Source: Batkoa obscura | Lineage: Eukaryota | Assembly (NCBI GenBank): GCA_030770535.1 | Contig: JASVEC010000025.1 | Location: 124,001 to 188,000 of the forward strand | Length of the DNA stretch: 64,000 nucleotides | Reading direction: 5' to 3' | Shown: piece by piece, positions 49,718 through 62,948 of the stretch | Layout of the letters: each line of letters opens with the position of its first letter | Numbering within the stretch: the stretch's first letter is position 1 | Made by a program: the position numbers and the translations under genes | Notes under the pieces: generated by a model | Told to the model about the DNA's origin: nothing | What the model saw: only the letters and a program-made list of their open reading frames with translations | The model's database searches: none

Positions 49718-52700
49718 CTATTGCTGATAATTTTGTCCAGGTGGTGGTGGATAAGGTGCATTAGGATCATGATAAGGTTGTTGATACCCTTGCATAGGAT
49801 GCTGTACGTAATTACCATCTTGATATTGATGGGGTGCATAGTTTGGATTCATATTTGGATAATTTTGATTAGGATCATAGTATCCTTGATTTGGAACCTG
49901 TCCATAAATCGGTTGTCCATGTTGTTGTTGATTTCCATATTGTTCATTGGAATAAACTTGGCCTTGCATTTGATCTATATAAGGTTGATTTGGCGGCGCA
50001 TGCGTATAACTTGGGTTGCCTTGTTGATCAACGCTACTAAGAGGTGCTTGAGGCTGGTGATAATTGCTAGGGTGACCATAGCTACCTTGAGAACTTCCAT
50101 GCGACATTGGGTAACTATGCATTTGAGGATGAGGATAACCTTGAGGTGGTACATGGCTTTGTTGATAACCGCTTTGGGAAGGCTGGTAGTTACTATAAGT
50201 TGGTTGTTGTGATGTACTAGATTGAGAGCCTTGATAATTGCCATATTCTGATTGCTTCGTTGTAGCAGGTTGAGCTTGACTACTTGATTGAGTTTTGGCT
50301 TGACTTTGTTTTTGCGAAGTGGTTTTGGATTTAGGTTGTGTTGGTGTTTTTGTTTGTGGAGATGAGGTTTGATATGAGGCAGATGAGTTTTGTGTCTTTG
50401 AGTTTGGTGATACTTCAGTAGTGTTGTGTTGTGTTGTAGAATGACTTTGGTTAGTATTTAATTCTTCAATTTGGCCTGGATTAGAACTATATTGTTGTGC
50501 ACCTCCTATAACTGTTTCAATGAATTGATCTGATATGCCTGTTGGAAGATTCATTAAATTCTCTGGGTTAAATATCCCCATCGGAATATCTTGTCCAAAG
50601 TTTTGATAACCTGGTCCATCCATAGCTGAACGATTGTTCCCGAGGCCATTTGCCATTAGCATTGGATTATTGAAATCAGCATTTGATCCTGCAAGAGCAT
50701 GTAAAGCATTTCCTAAATTTAAGTTGTATGTTCCATTTTGGCTCATAGCTGCAAGCTCATTAAGAGTTTGTGGATCAATACCACCAGAATTCATACCAAA
50801 CATGGCTTGTGTACTTGCCATTGCAGTGGAGAATAATGAATCATTGTTAGAGTTAGATCCATTATTGGAAGTAGGGGGTTGTATATTTTTCTTCTTAAAC
50901 ATTTCTGGAAGTTTAACTTTTTGGTGCTCAGCCATACCTGTAATAACAGTCATACAATAACGACCATTTTCACTGTATTTGGCAAATTTATTCAAGGTTG
51001 TTAAACAAGATAAGAACAAAGAGTACCATTGTTCGGAACCTTTAGAGCCATCAACTGATCCTTGTTGTCCTTGAGCTGGATTAGAGACTGAACTGACCTT
51101 AATCTTATGTAAAAAGACAAAAGCACTTACGTATAATGGGAAATATTTAAATGAAAGTCCATGAACCGCATAAAAAGAATCAAAACGCGTCATAATACGA
51201 ACGATTTCTGTAGCAGCATTAACTGTATCTCCCATCAAGTTGGTATCAGTAACTCTGAACAAACCATCAGTGTGGCATAAGACTTGCCCAACGATGATAG
51301 CAGTATGGTAAAAAGAGTGTAAAAATGGGATAAGATACATTTCTGCATAGCAATTTTTAAGGTTAGAGATGCTCTCAGGTGGTGATTCTGGAAGTTTCTT
51401 TAAGCTAGGTGGAAGTGATTTGAACCAATTTTTAAGAGAAACCAAACAATCATGAGCTCTTGTGGCACGATCTTGAAGGTTTGACTTAAGTTTTACAGAG
51501 GTAAGTAATCTATTTAACTTTCCTACAATTTGACCAAGTTTAGACATAGCAATAAAAACCAAGGTACAAGGGATCTCATCTGGATCATCTTCATCATCTG
51601 CAAGTGTAGGAAGTTTGACATCACATAATTCTTGTTGAATTGAGAGTGGACGACCTAACATTGTAGAATATAATGTATCTAAAACAAAACATCCCCACCA
51701 TGTCTTTTTACGGATTTCTTGTTCAACAGGTTCAAAAGCACCATTTAAAAGATTCTCACAATCTTTATGTAGCCCCAGCTCCATAGCCATACGTGTAGCC
51801 ATACCAGAATAAAGCCATACATTGTTAGAGACAGTAGTACGATGATGATAAAGGGTCATGAGGAGTAAAGCTTGAATGGTAAATATTTCTGCTTCAGAGA
51901 AACATTCATCAAGGCATTTCTTTGCTTGTGCTTCAAACTCTTCGGCTACTTCCTCATGAGATTTGTCTTTAAGTTGAGGGAAATAGTTATAACTTTTTTC
52001 ATTCGTATAAAAAATAGCAATCGCAAAAATAACGTTTAAAAGGAGAGCAGGTAATTTCCCTAAATCAAATTGAGACATAATAGTTGGTTTATGAAGTACT
52101 GGGAAGAAAGGGTAATGATAGCGGAAATACAAATCTAAAAGATGACGCTTTGCAGCAGTTGATAATACGATCTCATCTTTTGGTGGTGCTAAATCATCTT
52201 CAATATGCGTTTCTTGTAAAAGCACAGCAAGCTTTTCACATATATCTTGAGTTTCCTTATTGGTTGATCCAAGAAGAGATCCTGGGAAGCAACCATAATA
52301 AAATACGTTATCTGGACAAGTACGATCTCCAACCCAAATTCCATTCAAATCATCTTCCTCCTCATAAGGTGGTGAAGAGAAACGATTGGAATCAGATGGT
52401 TGTTGGGATGACTCATTTTCTACTGAGCTTAAATTTGGGGAAGAGGAACTATTAATATTACCAAAATTGGGAGGAAGTGCACTAGCAAAATTTTGACCTA
52501 AGAAATTTAAATTACCTGCTTCTGAAAATACGGCATTATTGAAATCTTGTTCCGATACACCTTCCAAAGAAGAGAAAAAAGGAAAGAAGTTAGAAGTAGG
52601 GTTATTTGGAGCAGGTCCTTGAGTTCTTGGTTGGGACGAGGTTGGTTGGCTTTGAAAGTTAGGTATATTTAAAGAAGGGTTTTGTTGCGAGTAAGAAGCA

Positions 52701-52927
52701 CTCGATGTATTTGTTTGAGGATAGCCTTGTGAGCCTGTAGGATTAGATGAACTTGATGTATTAGGTGCATTAGCTTGCGCTGCATGATTTTGAGCATAGT
52801 TAAATAAAGACTGCGCACTTATACAATGTCCACAGAAATAGCTTTGGTCCATAGAAGGGAACTGATGGCAAGATCTACATAGGGGACCATTGCTACCTGA
52901 TGAGTTATTCGAGTTGGATTGATTCAT
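49718..52927 (-). CDS. Fungal-specific transcription factor (Fungal_trans/MHR domain) with Q/Y/P-rich tail
   Basis: LLDLYF..HYPFFPVLHK, IQALLLM, WLYSGMATRMAMELGLH, EIRKKTWWGCFVLD..S.MLGRP. Confidence 0.88.
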   Translation of the reverse strand: MNQSNSNNSSGSNGPLCRSCHQFPSMDQSYFCGHCISAQSLFNYAQNHAAQANAPNTSSSSNPTGSQGYPQTNTSSASYSQQNPSLNIPNFQSQPTSSQPRTQGPAPNNPTSNFFPFFSSLEGVSEQDFNNAVFSEAGNLNFLGQNFASALPPNFGNINSSSSPNLSSVENESSQQPSDSNRFSSPPYEEEDDLNGIWVGDRTCPDNVFYYGCFPGSLLGSTNKETQDICEKLAVLLQETHIEDDLAPPKDEIVLSTAAKRHLLDLYFRYHYPFFPVLHKPTIMSQFDLGKLPALLLNVIFAIAIFYTNEKSYNYFPQLKDKSHEEVAEEFEAQAKKCLDECFSEAEIFTIQALLLMTLYHHRTTVSNNVWLYSGMATRMAMELGLHKDCENLLNGAFEPVEQEIRKKTWWGCFVLDTLYSTMLGRPLSIQQELCDVKLPTLADDEDDPDEIPCTLVFIAMSKLGQIVGKLNRLLTSVKLKSNLQDRATRAHDCLVSLKNWFKSLPPSLKKLPESPPESISNLKNCYAEMYLIPFLHSFYHTAIIVGQVLCHTDGLFRVTDTNLMGDTVNAATEIVRIMTRFDSFYAVHGLSFKYFPLYVSAFVFLHKIKVSSVSNPAQGQQGSVDGSKGSEQWYSLFLSCLTTLNKFAKYSENGRYCMTVITGMAEHQKVKLPEMFKKKNIQPPTSNNGSNSNNDSLFSTAMASTQAMFGMNSGGIDPQTLNELAAMSQNGTYNLNLGNALHALAGSNADFNNPMLMANGLGNNRSAMDGPGYQNFGQDIPMGIFNPENLMNLPTGISDQFIETVIGGAQQYSSNPGQIEELNTNQSHSTTQHNTTEVSPNSKTQNSSASYQTSSPQTKTPTQPKSKTTSQKQSQAKTQSSSQAQPATTKQSEYGNYQGSQSSTSQQPTYSNYQPSQSGYQQSHVPPQGYPHPQMHSYPMSHGSSQGSYGHPSNYHQPQAPLSSVDQQGNPSYTHAPPNQPYIDQMQGQVYSNEQYGNQQQHGQPIYGQVPNQGYYDPNQNYPNMNPNYAPHQYQDGNYVQHPMQGYQQPYHDPNAPYPPPPGQNYQQ

Positions 52928-53326
52928 CTTTATATGTTTAAATTAAAAGAGAAATTAACTTAGAAAATATTTGAAACCAACATTAAATTCATTTGCTTTT
53001 ACACAATCAGACCAATCATTTTACGATCGTTTTAATTTAACTAAAAATAAGTTTAAAAATAGAGTGCTCAAAATGATAAAGTAGGTTAAATGTAAATAAA
53101 ACAAGTGGTAGATATATTAATATATGCTGATGTATGTCACATTACCTGCTATTGCTTCATAAATAGATGTTTAGTATATATTTACTTTGTTGATAGTTTA
53201 TGTTTGTTATTAAAAAAATTATTTAGCTTGCTTATTTTTTTCAATGAATTTAGTATACTTTTAATTGGTTCCACTAGCATTTATTTATGCAAGAAATATG
53301 CTTATGATGACAAATAGAACAGCTTA

Positions 53327-53846
53327 TAGCAGTCCAGATCAGTTCCGAAAAAAAATGGTTTATTTTAAAGTAAAAGCTTGGCCTAGAATGCTGTAAAAAT
53401 CAGGCCGAATTTAAACTTAATAGTTTTTGCCATGTTTTAAGAAAATATTGTTTATAAACTAACTTAAACTAGCTTTTTCTTATGCTTATTACAATGCTTT
53501 TAACTGATAAGCTGCTTTTGTACTCTTAAATTTAAAGTATGAAAATTTCTCAAATGTCTTAGCTTTCTTTTATTTTAAATTATACAACTAACATTTTCTA
53601 TCTTATTATATTTTTAATAAATAGAAATTCAATACTAATGATATAAGAACAAGATATTGCAATAATAATAAAAACAATAATGACAATATACCAGATTATA
53701 TTTGTTTATAAATATCTTCGAGCTTAGATTACAAATCTCAATGCAAATCAAGCCTTTTTTAAGCAGTAAGCTTTAAAAAAACCAGCCAACCAAATGGCTT
53801 GTTTTAAAAATTACCGCTTTTTTTCGGAATTGAGCTGGACCAGCTG
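53327..53846. mobile_element. Non-autonomous TIR element (Tc1/mariner-like MITE)
   Basis: Imperfect TIRs of ~40 bp: (ta)tagcagtccagatcagttccgaaaaaaaatggt / accgctttttttcggaattgagctggaccagctg(ta); TA flanks. Confidence 0.6.
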
Positions 53847-54240
53847 TAGCTAAAAAAAGTTTGGGTTTTGAGTTAGAAAAGTTACTTTAAATGAGGTTCT
53901 GTTAAGCTTTAGTACAAAATTGTTAGCTTAATTACATTACCAAAATTGTTTGTATTTATTTACATGGTATGGAGTTAATGTTTTATTGCTATACTGTTTA
54001 AAGAGAAAAATATTACTAATTTGACAGTTTATGCTTATTAATAAACCTTTCTTATAATAATTTAATGTTATTAAAGTATTAAATTTTATCAATTTACACT
54101 TCGTTTTATATTTCTAAAACTTTTTTAATTTAAAACTGTATTTAAAAAACTACCATTTTGTTTAACATACCTATAGAATATTGCTGCCATGGTCCCATTA
54201 AAATAATAAATCATAACCTAATAATACTCTAATAAAGTAA

Positions 54241-54307
54241 ATAAAAATAAAAATAAAAATAAAAATAAAAATAAAAATAAAAATAAAAATAAAAATAAAA
54301 ATAAAAA
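54241..54307. repeat. (TAAAAA)n tandem repeat
   Basis: Direct reading. Confidence 0.85.
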
Positions 54308-54380
54308 TTATTGTGATACTAATAATTTTATGAACAAACATAAAATTACAATCAAAAATTACAATTAGATCAAAAAAGTA

Positions 54381-57300
54381 TCATTGAGTTTTGTTTTTAT
54401 CATCCATGAAAATCGGTCTTATTGGAGTAATGTCAATAGTAGGAGGCAACTTGTTTAAATCCACTTTAATTTTAACATCAATAATATCTAAAAGGGTTAA
54501 GTTTTGCACAATGCTCTTTGGTTGATCATTGTTTTTATTACTATCTACTATAGTTTCCTCTTTTTTTTTGGTATCAGAATCCCTTTTATCGTTATCTGAC
54601 TTATTTCTTGTGTTTCTGTTCTTTTCCCCACTATCTTTCCATTTTAATAAAAGGCTTTTCGCTTGAACTTTAAATCCATGCAATGGTAAATCTTTGAAAT
54701 AAACTCGGGAGTCTATACCATACTTTAATACTACTACAAATATATATTCTTCATTAAAGTCGATGACTTTCGCTTTTTCCATTACTTCAACTAACTTGAA
54801 CTCTTTATCGTCCTTGTTCTTATCCATGGTACTAAGGAAGTGAGCTAAGTAAAGTGCAATACTTTGATCTTGAACTTTACGGGACCTATCTTTTTGTAAA
54901 TTACAATGACTAGCAATCATCGATAATTCAATCTCATCCAACTCATATTTTTTATTTTCAAGTAAAGAATTAAGCTGCCTATGAACTACTAAATCAGGAT
55001 ATCTTCGAATTGGTGATGTAAAGTGAGTATATAATGGCATGTTGAGTGCATAATGGTGTGGATTGATGTCCTTATTAAAACCAAGACATAAATATTTTGC
55101 TCGTTGCATTGGCCTAATTACCAATAGCCTAAATGCCTCTAAAACTTCTGGGTTGTTGTTTTGACTAAGCGACTTTTGGAAAGCCTGAGACGAAGATATA
55201 TCAAGATCAATATCATATTTACTAGCTGTCTTGATTAATTCTTCCATTCCCTTTTCATTAGGTGGAGGATGGTGTCTCAGAAAAGCAAATTCTGGGAGTC
55301 CTTTGACCAATATTTCGGCAACAGAGCGATTTGCTAATAACATGAATTCTTCAATAAGTCGAGTAGCATCGCTAGATTTATAAATTTCGCAAGAGCTTGG
55401 TATTCCAGCATCATCAAGTTTAAAGTATAATTTTAATGAATTCATTTCTAATGAACCCTCATCAAATCTTTCTGTACGAATCTTTTTAGATAAATTATAT
55501 AACAATAATATGTTTTCTTCTATTTGAGAGCAATTAATCCCTGGCTGAAGTACAACTGAGCCCTGATTTAAATGCTCACCATCAATAACTTTTTGTACTT
55601 GCCCATAACTTAATTTAGCACATGAGCGTATCAATGATTTAAAATAGCTGGTTTCTAATACGTTTCCATCGGCATCTATTTTCCATGTAAATGAAAATGC
55701 TAATCTGTCTTTATGGGGCACAAGGGAGCATAGTTCATCACAAAGTTGACGTGGAAGCATTGGTATATTTCTTTCTACCATATAAATTGTGGTCGCTCTA
55801 TTCTTGGCTTCTAGATCAAGCATACTTCCTTGAGGGACAAAAGGGCTCACATCAGCTATATGAACTCCTACCTGAAATAGACCATCTTCTAATTTTTCGA
55901 TTGAAACAGCATCATCTAAATCTTTAGCTGTAGGAGGATCAATAGTAAAAATACACTTTTCTCTAAGATCTTTTCTATTTTCGAAATACTCACTGCCAAC
56001 TGCATATATATCTGATGGTAGACTAGAAATTATCTTTTCATCAAAATCAGATGCATCTACGCCATTTTCAGCCAAGATAGAATTGGAACCACAGTCTATC
56101 TTACTTATTTCGCCCATAATACCGTTCAATTCGCCTAAAGGATTCTTCTGTACGTTAGACCAATTGCTAATTTTGATAGAAAAGCATGTTTTATAAAGCA
56201 AATTAAGGTCTTCAAGGTACTTTTTAGGTAAACCTAAAGTGTGGACAATGATAAGGGGTGCTCTAGAATCAAATGGTTTAAATTCCAACATTTTTGGCAA
56301 TTTCCCTTCCTGATTTTTATTTTTATTCTTTGAACTATTATTCTCCATTTTGGCGTCAGAAGTAGATGGCTCTTCATTGCTACTTCCATTGTCTAGCTTT
56401 AAGTCTTGATTCTTTTTGCTTTTCTCTTCTTTTGTGTTTTGTTTTGGTTCTTTGAAGACACCTACAAAGATTCTGTTATGAACTTGCTTTGCTATTGAAA
56501 CCACTTCTCCAGCATCCAAATCCCTTTCAATTATACCTTTAGGTACGTCATTATTATCTTTAAAAAGCTTTTCTTTTTCCTCTCGGGTAAACAATTTAAT
56601 AATGACATTATCCCCTTCAAGTGCTCTATTATAATGCTTTGCACCCATGATAAAAATATCGTTTTTTCTTCCATCTACAACGACATACCCATGCTTTCGA
56701 TTGAATGAACTAATTCTTAATTTACCAGGAAAGTAAAGACCCTTTTTGATATCACTTTTTAATAACTCAGGATCTAAATGTTTAGAATAATAGCTTGAAT
56801 CAGTAGATTTTTTAGAGCCATTGGTTTTTTTTTCCTTTTTGGTTTTGGTTACCAATTGAAATTCAATTTTGGCGTCGAGTGTAACTTTGTTTAATTGAGG
56901 TTTTGATACTTCATGATGTGTCTCAGTTTTAACCAAGTTCATGCTATTCTGATCAGACTCTACTGCTTCTACTGTTTTTGTTTCATTAACATCTTCATCC
57001 TCAACCTTTAGGACTTTATCTTCATCTGTAATATAAATTAGTGTTTAAATCTAAAAACTAGAATTTATTTTACCTTGATGTTTTTTAAGATTTAAGGCCG
57101 ACTTTTTATTAAACTTTGTATCTTTTTTGTCACTGTTTTCGTTTACTGCTTTACTATTCAAATCTTTACTATTAACTGTAGAGCTAGGTTTAGATTTTAA
57201 GCTATGTGTAGTACCCACCGGTATTTTACTTTCAGTCAATTTCTTTCTTTCTACTGTTTCAACTAAATATTTATTAGATATATAAATGTAAAAAATATAT

Positions 57301-57824
57301 TGTATTACTTTTACTAGCTACAGCTTGAAGTTTTCCATCTCTAACTTCAAATCGTTTTTTACTACTTCTTTCTGCCTTATTTAACTCTCCATAATCAAAC
57401 TTTACTTTAGAGTAATCTTGAAGGGCATTCCCTTTCTTACCTAATTTATTCTGTTAATTTTTGTATTTGAAAAACACTCACTTTTTTATTAAAATTCAAT
57501 GCTATCTTGATTTTAATTCAGTGGTATTTAGTTTAACTAATTACCTTTATTATACTTGTCATTTTTGTTATCACACGTATTTGGTAATCTAACTTTTTGC
57601 GGTTTGATTGAGAGCGCTTCTAATCTTTTCTCTAAGTCAGCGTTTTCATTATTGGAAGTACCCATAGGCGTAGATTGTGGCAATTCAAACGAACCTGCTT
57701 CATACTTCAGTCCTTGATTGGTATTCTGTAATGATTCAAAAGAGAATGCTTCGACCTTTTTTTCTTTATCACTTTCTTGTAACAAATCAAAAGCTGGAAT
57801 AAATCTATCTGTCATTCGACTCAT
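54381..57824 (-). CDS. DIS3L2: DIS3-like exoribonuclease 2 (RNB domain), multi-exon
   Basis: CSD motif DIFIMG..NRALEGD; RNB catalytic FTIDPPTAKDLDDAVS, VGVHIADVS, LIEEFMLLAN, HYALNMPLYTHFTSPIRRYPD; no PIN domain. Confidence 0.88.
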
Positions 57825-59156
57825 TAAATAAGAATAATAAATAATTTTATAAAAAAAAAGAATAAACTGTTAAATTTTGATTTTATTAACCTTTGATCAT
57901 TAATTACAAAGTTATTGCTGAGTCACTAAGCAATTATAGTGCTTTTGCAGTCACGAACTGCGGCTGCTGCAAGTTTTCTAAGCTTAAATAAACTGCATAT
58001 TTAAACAAATTCATGTTAAAATTCGTTTAAAATACAGATAGGTTTTAAAAAATAAGCTTTGAAATTTTATTATAAAAATTATCGCTAAGCAAGTCGCAAA
58101 AGAACCCAATAGTTGCATATCAGTTAGTGCTATTAAATCGGATTTGCTAATGAGATCTTTGTTTTTATACTTAATATATTTAAAGCAAATCGATATAATC
58201 ACTAAATCTATGTTAATAAAACTACACCTCTTTCTAAAATGATCGAGTAAAAAATAACAATGAAAGCTAAAATAAATAAATATTTGTTTAATCGTTTTTT
58301 CTATTAGATGTGGTCATTTGAAGTTATAATTGTTTAACTTGATAAGTTAAACCCTAATGTTTTATTTTACTTTGCTTTTAAATTATTTTTTAAATAATTA
58401 TAAGTAGTTAATATGATTATAATTGTTTATTTTTATAACTTAGTTGATGATTTTTTGGTATTTTATGTTGGACAAAAAGTGAACAAAACATAAACAAAAA
58501 ACATTACCTAATTTTATTATTTTTGGGCTAAGCGAAAGGTATTTTGTTAAATAATAATTGTGTATCTTTTTCTTAGTAAATTTTACATTAATCAAATAAA
58601 TGAAATGTATTTATACAACAGCTATAATAAAATAGTTAATGGAACCTTAGTTTTATCTTTGAAAAAATCTATTGATTATAAATCAAACTTTCTAATATTT
58701 TTCGCAGTCACTAGTAATTTTAGGAAATATTTTATAAAGGAAAATTACGTGAGTTTGGTTCTTTTTAGTTTTATGGTAAAATAGGTTGAATTTGGTATTA
58801 AAATTTTTCATAGTTTAGCTGCTGGTCTCTCTATTCATAAATAATTAGGAAAAAAATTAATTTTAATAGCATTTTAATAGCATTTTAATAGAATGCTATT
58901 ATTTGTTATAAACAATAATCTTTTTTGATAAATTTAGTCGGAACTTATAATTTGATATAAAATACTTATTTATAGTAAATCTACTTTTGTTTATAATATT
59001 TAATAACATTTAAAATATAAACTTGAAGTTTAAAATTTGAAGTTTATTTGGCATAGGGATCTAGGCCCTTAAAAAATAATAACGAGAAAGGATGTGCTCT
59101 ATAAAGCTATTAGTGAATGCAAAAAAAGATAGGTAGCTAGTTGAACTGAGAGTTAT

Positions 59157-60143
59157 TTAAGAGCTAATCTCTTTACTTTTTAACATAGTGGCTTCACTGT
59201 TTCCAAGGCTGGTAGAAAGGATAACACACTTCTTTCTTGCTGAATGCCTCCTCTGTGCATCTTTACGTGAAAAGCGACGTTTACAGCTTGGGCAAGCAAA
59301 TGGTTTGATTTGAGTGTGTACTAATAAATGACGATTCAAGTCCTGCTTACGACGGAAAGCATTACCACACTGGTCGCAACTAAAAGCTCTGGTTTCGGAA
59401 TGGGTGGTGGCATGTGATTTTAAATTAAATACGGAGTAAAATACTTTGCCGCAGTTATCTTCAAGGCATGTAAATGTACGATTTTCAAGGTCTCTAGAGA
59501 AATGTAGAACTCTACCACTACCATCGCTCAATGGTAAAGGTGATATGTTACCAGATTTATCAATATGATCTTGTTGGTAAGTTTGAGTCATGGTATTAGA
59601 ATTGCACCCTGTATGGCTTGGTGTGGTTGGGCTATCATAATTTATTTTACTATTTAAAGATCCAGCTTCATATTTTGATCTACACAACTCAAGTTTGGTA
59701 ACTAAACATTGGTAAAATAAATCTACATTTGAGTGCTGGTTTTGCGTTGGTGTGACAGAATCAAACTCAAAAGAATCAGGAGGTGAGCATGGAGAGTAGC
59801 TTTTAAATGAAGAGCAGTAGGCTAAAATATCTAGCTTAGTATGATTGTTGTTGGATAATGGTTCATCCATAAATTGATTGGCTAATGATATTTCATTAAG
59901 AGTATGATATTGACTTGGACTATGAGGGGTATGAATCAAGCTCGGCGTCATTGTATCATTTTGTAATGGTGACGAGTTGACGTTCGACTTACTGGTATAA
60001 TATAAGCTACTATTTAAAGGTGGAAGAGAATCATCCAATGGAGGGCATTGAAAAGAATCAATAGAAGGAACAATGGTATAGTAAGGCTCGGGGGAGTTAA
60101 AAGGAACCATTAGTATCTTTGAGCTTGGTTTATTTGTAAACAT
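59157..60143 (-). CDS. C2H2 zinc-finger transcription factor (Crz1-like fingers)
   Basis: Three C-terminal fingers: FNLKSH..H, FRRKQDLNRH, FSRKDAQRRH; S/P-rich N-terminus. Confidence 0.85.
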   Translation of the reverse strand: MFTNKPSSKILMVPFNSPEPYYTIVPSIDSFQCPPLDDSLPPLNSSLYYTSKSNVNSSPLQNDTMTPSLIHTPHSPSQYHTLNEISLANQFMDEPLSNNNHTKLDILAYCSSFKSYSPCSPPDSFEFDSVTPTQNQHSNVDLFYQCLVTKLELCRSKYEAGSLNSKINYDSPTTPSHTGCNSNTMTQTYQQDHIDKSGNISPLPLSDGSGRVLHFSRDLENRTFTCLEDNCGKVFYSVFNLKSHATTHSETRAFSCDQCGNAFRRKQDLNRHLLVHTQIKPFACPSCKRRFSRKDAQRRHSARKKCVILSTSLGNSEATMLKSKEISS

Positions 60144-62948
60144 GGTTATTTTAAAAAGATGAACTGATTAAAAAATAAAATTGTGGCTTAAATAAAGTCG
60201 CTTTTATAAAAAAAACTGGAATTATAATTTAAGATAATGAGGCTATACAGCTAAAATTGGGATAGTTAAGTTGAATGATAATATTTAAGGGAGTCTATGA
60301 AATCTATACTACAAAAAAAAGGGATGGTATATATTATCAAGCGATAAACTTATATTATTGTTAATAATGGGCTGTAAGTATAAATAATGTAAATATGGGG
60401 GATCTATAAACAATGATAATAATATGTAACAAAAACGGATCTATAAAGTAAAGAAATGATATTGAAAATGGCTGCTTAAATCATATTGGGATCTTAAAAG
60501 AATAAATATTGTACCAATCATTTATCAATATTTTATTCAATTTTAATAGTAATTGGGGTACTGCAAGTTCAAGTCTAAGCCATAATTTAGAAGCTATTAT
60601 TTGAATTGTGGCTTAAATTTAAGAGTTAATTTGAATCTGAGGCTCTCCCTTGGATTATTAATGGGATTTAACTGTATATCAATTATTTCCCCCAATTAAA
60701 CAGCACAAAAATGAAATTTAGTTTGAATTATTTTAAAATTACACAATTGCTTAGAGAATATTCCAAATATTGGGATTTTATTGGATATTCATTCAATCAG
60801 GGTAACCTGGCTTATTTAATTTAGATGAAGATTATTATTGGTTAATCTTGCCATCTTCATTAGTATAACCCAATCAAGTTTAGACATTACTATGCCTGAT
60901 TATAACATCATTTATTAAAATAAAGCTAATTTACTTTATTTGGGATTATTTAAGTCCGCTGAATGATTAAATAGATCATAACTTTTATTTAAAGATCATG
61001 TTTAAAGCACTGGCCAATCTATTTTCAATAACTAAATAAAAAGGGGCAGTAAACCTTAGATAACAGAAGTTATAACCAGACACTATTTTATGAATACTAT
61101 TCAAAAGCCTTTTTTTGTATAAAACTTAAATCAGAATTGTCAATTAATTTATATGCACCCACTTCGGATAACAATTCCATTGTTGAGTGGCACTAATTTA
61201 AGTTGAAATCATTTTTTGTTATTCTAAATTTTAATTAGAATAAATATTGGTTTTGAAAGTTATAGAATATTCTAATGAGTATTATAGTATGATTTATTCA
61301 TCTTTTAAATCAAAATTTGACACTGCGATATTTTTTCATAAAGCCACTACTGATTCCATTTAAACATAACTTGGGCATTTTCCCTTTCATTCATGGTGAA
61401 TACAAAAATGGATAAAAGCTATTATAATTAAACTCAGTAAATACAAATCCACAAATGCCCACGTTATGTTTAAATCGAATCAGCAGGAATACATTTTTAT
61501 AGAGAATTTATAACTTTTATTCGAGTACCTGTTATTGGCTGTATACTTGCTATTACCAAAAATCAACGATAATATACTTTAAGTATACATTATGATATTA
61601 GCAAAGTGTTTTTTGATTATCGTTGTTTTTTTATTTTGATTTTAGCATTAATCTGGAATGTTTTTTCAGTATTTTGTCCACTTTTTACGAGACATAAAAT
61701 ATTAAAAATATCAGATGAATCATAAACACTGATAATTCATAGTTTTGCAAAAATTAATTTCAAAATATAAATAAAGGATGCGTTTAAATAATATACTTAT
61801 AAGTAAAACAAGATCAATTTTCTATAAAAAAAACATTAAATAAACTCTGGTTTTGATTCTCTAATATAACGTAAGCTTTTAGCAATGCCTCTTGATAAAA
61901 TTATTCAAGTCTTAATTTTTAGACTATATATTTTTATTTAAATATACAATTGATAATACATGTATATATTTATATAGTACTATAATTACTTGTTTTTTTA
62001 TATAGCACTACTATTTATAATAAAGAAACTGACCAAAAGATATAAAAGACAAAGTCAAATTCATAAGTTTATTAATTTATTAGAACATTAATGATTTCAA
62101 AATTATTTGAAATTGTGTTAAAATATAGTGGTTAAAGATTTGTTGATAAATGTGGCGGAAAACACTGTGTTTTAAAAAATAGTTTTTATTGTAAATTTTG
62201 TTAAAACTTTAAAGTTTCAAATATACACAAAATCAAAATATGTTTTAGTTATGATTGTAAACCAATGAGGTTTGCTTTTTAAATATAATTAAAATAGCTC
62301 TAACATAACTTAAAAGCCCACTTTGATTTATAACAATTGTACTGCTTATTAAACAAAAAAATAAGTGGCTAAGGTAGGGAGGTTTTAAACTTAAATAATA
62401 TTATATATCGATACTGGTTGAAAATAGGACAATTGATGTATACTATAAGATTTTATTTTTGGTAAGATGGATTTTTCTCCCAACACAAGAATAAAGTTAA
62501 AAATTTTATTTAGCTTAATTCTAATATTTTATAACAACATTTGGTTGATTTCAAATAACTCACACTTAAAGGAACAAATGAAAGGGTGAATTCACAAAAT
62601 TAAGGAGTTTCGGATAAACTTATAATGGAATTAGAAAAGAAATTAAGTGACAACGAAATACAAAATATTTATAATAATGCGCTATGGAACAACACATTAG
62701 GATGGGCAACTATAGTTCATTATTAGTAATAAAAGGAATTCTTAATTATATGATTCCTTTAATTAGTAAAGGTTTAAACCGATACACAAATGGTATATAT
62801 CAGAATTATGCTTAGAATATTAATTTAGCATGGGCAATTAATGATCATTAATTAGAATTTATAATGTTTCACTGATTTACTTTAATTGGTAGGCACAGTC
62901 ATATAAAATTATAAATACGAAGCCTTAAATTATTTTTATATTTTAAAA

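Noticed and set aside
49576..52455. Overlapping ORFs inside the Fungal_trans gene
   Set aside because: Antisense or frame shadows of low-complexity coding sequence
62560..62850. Possible coding remnant upstream of the hydrolase
   Set aside because: Short, stop-interrupted and without a recognisable motif
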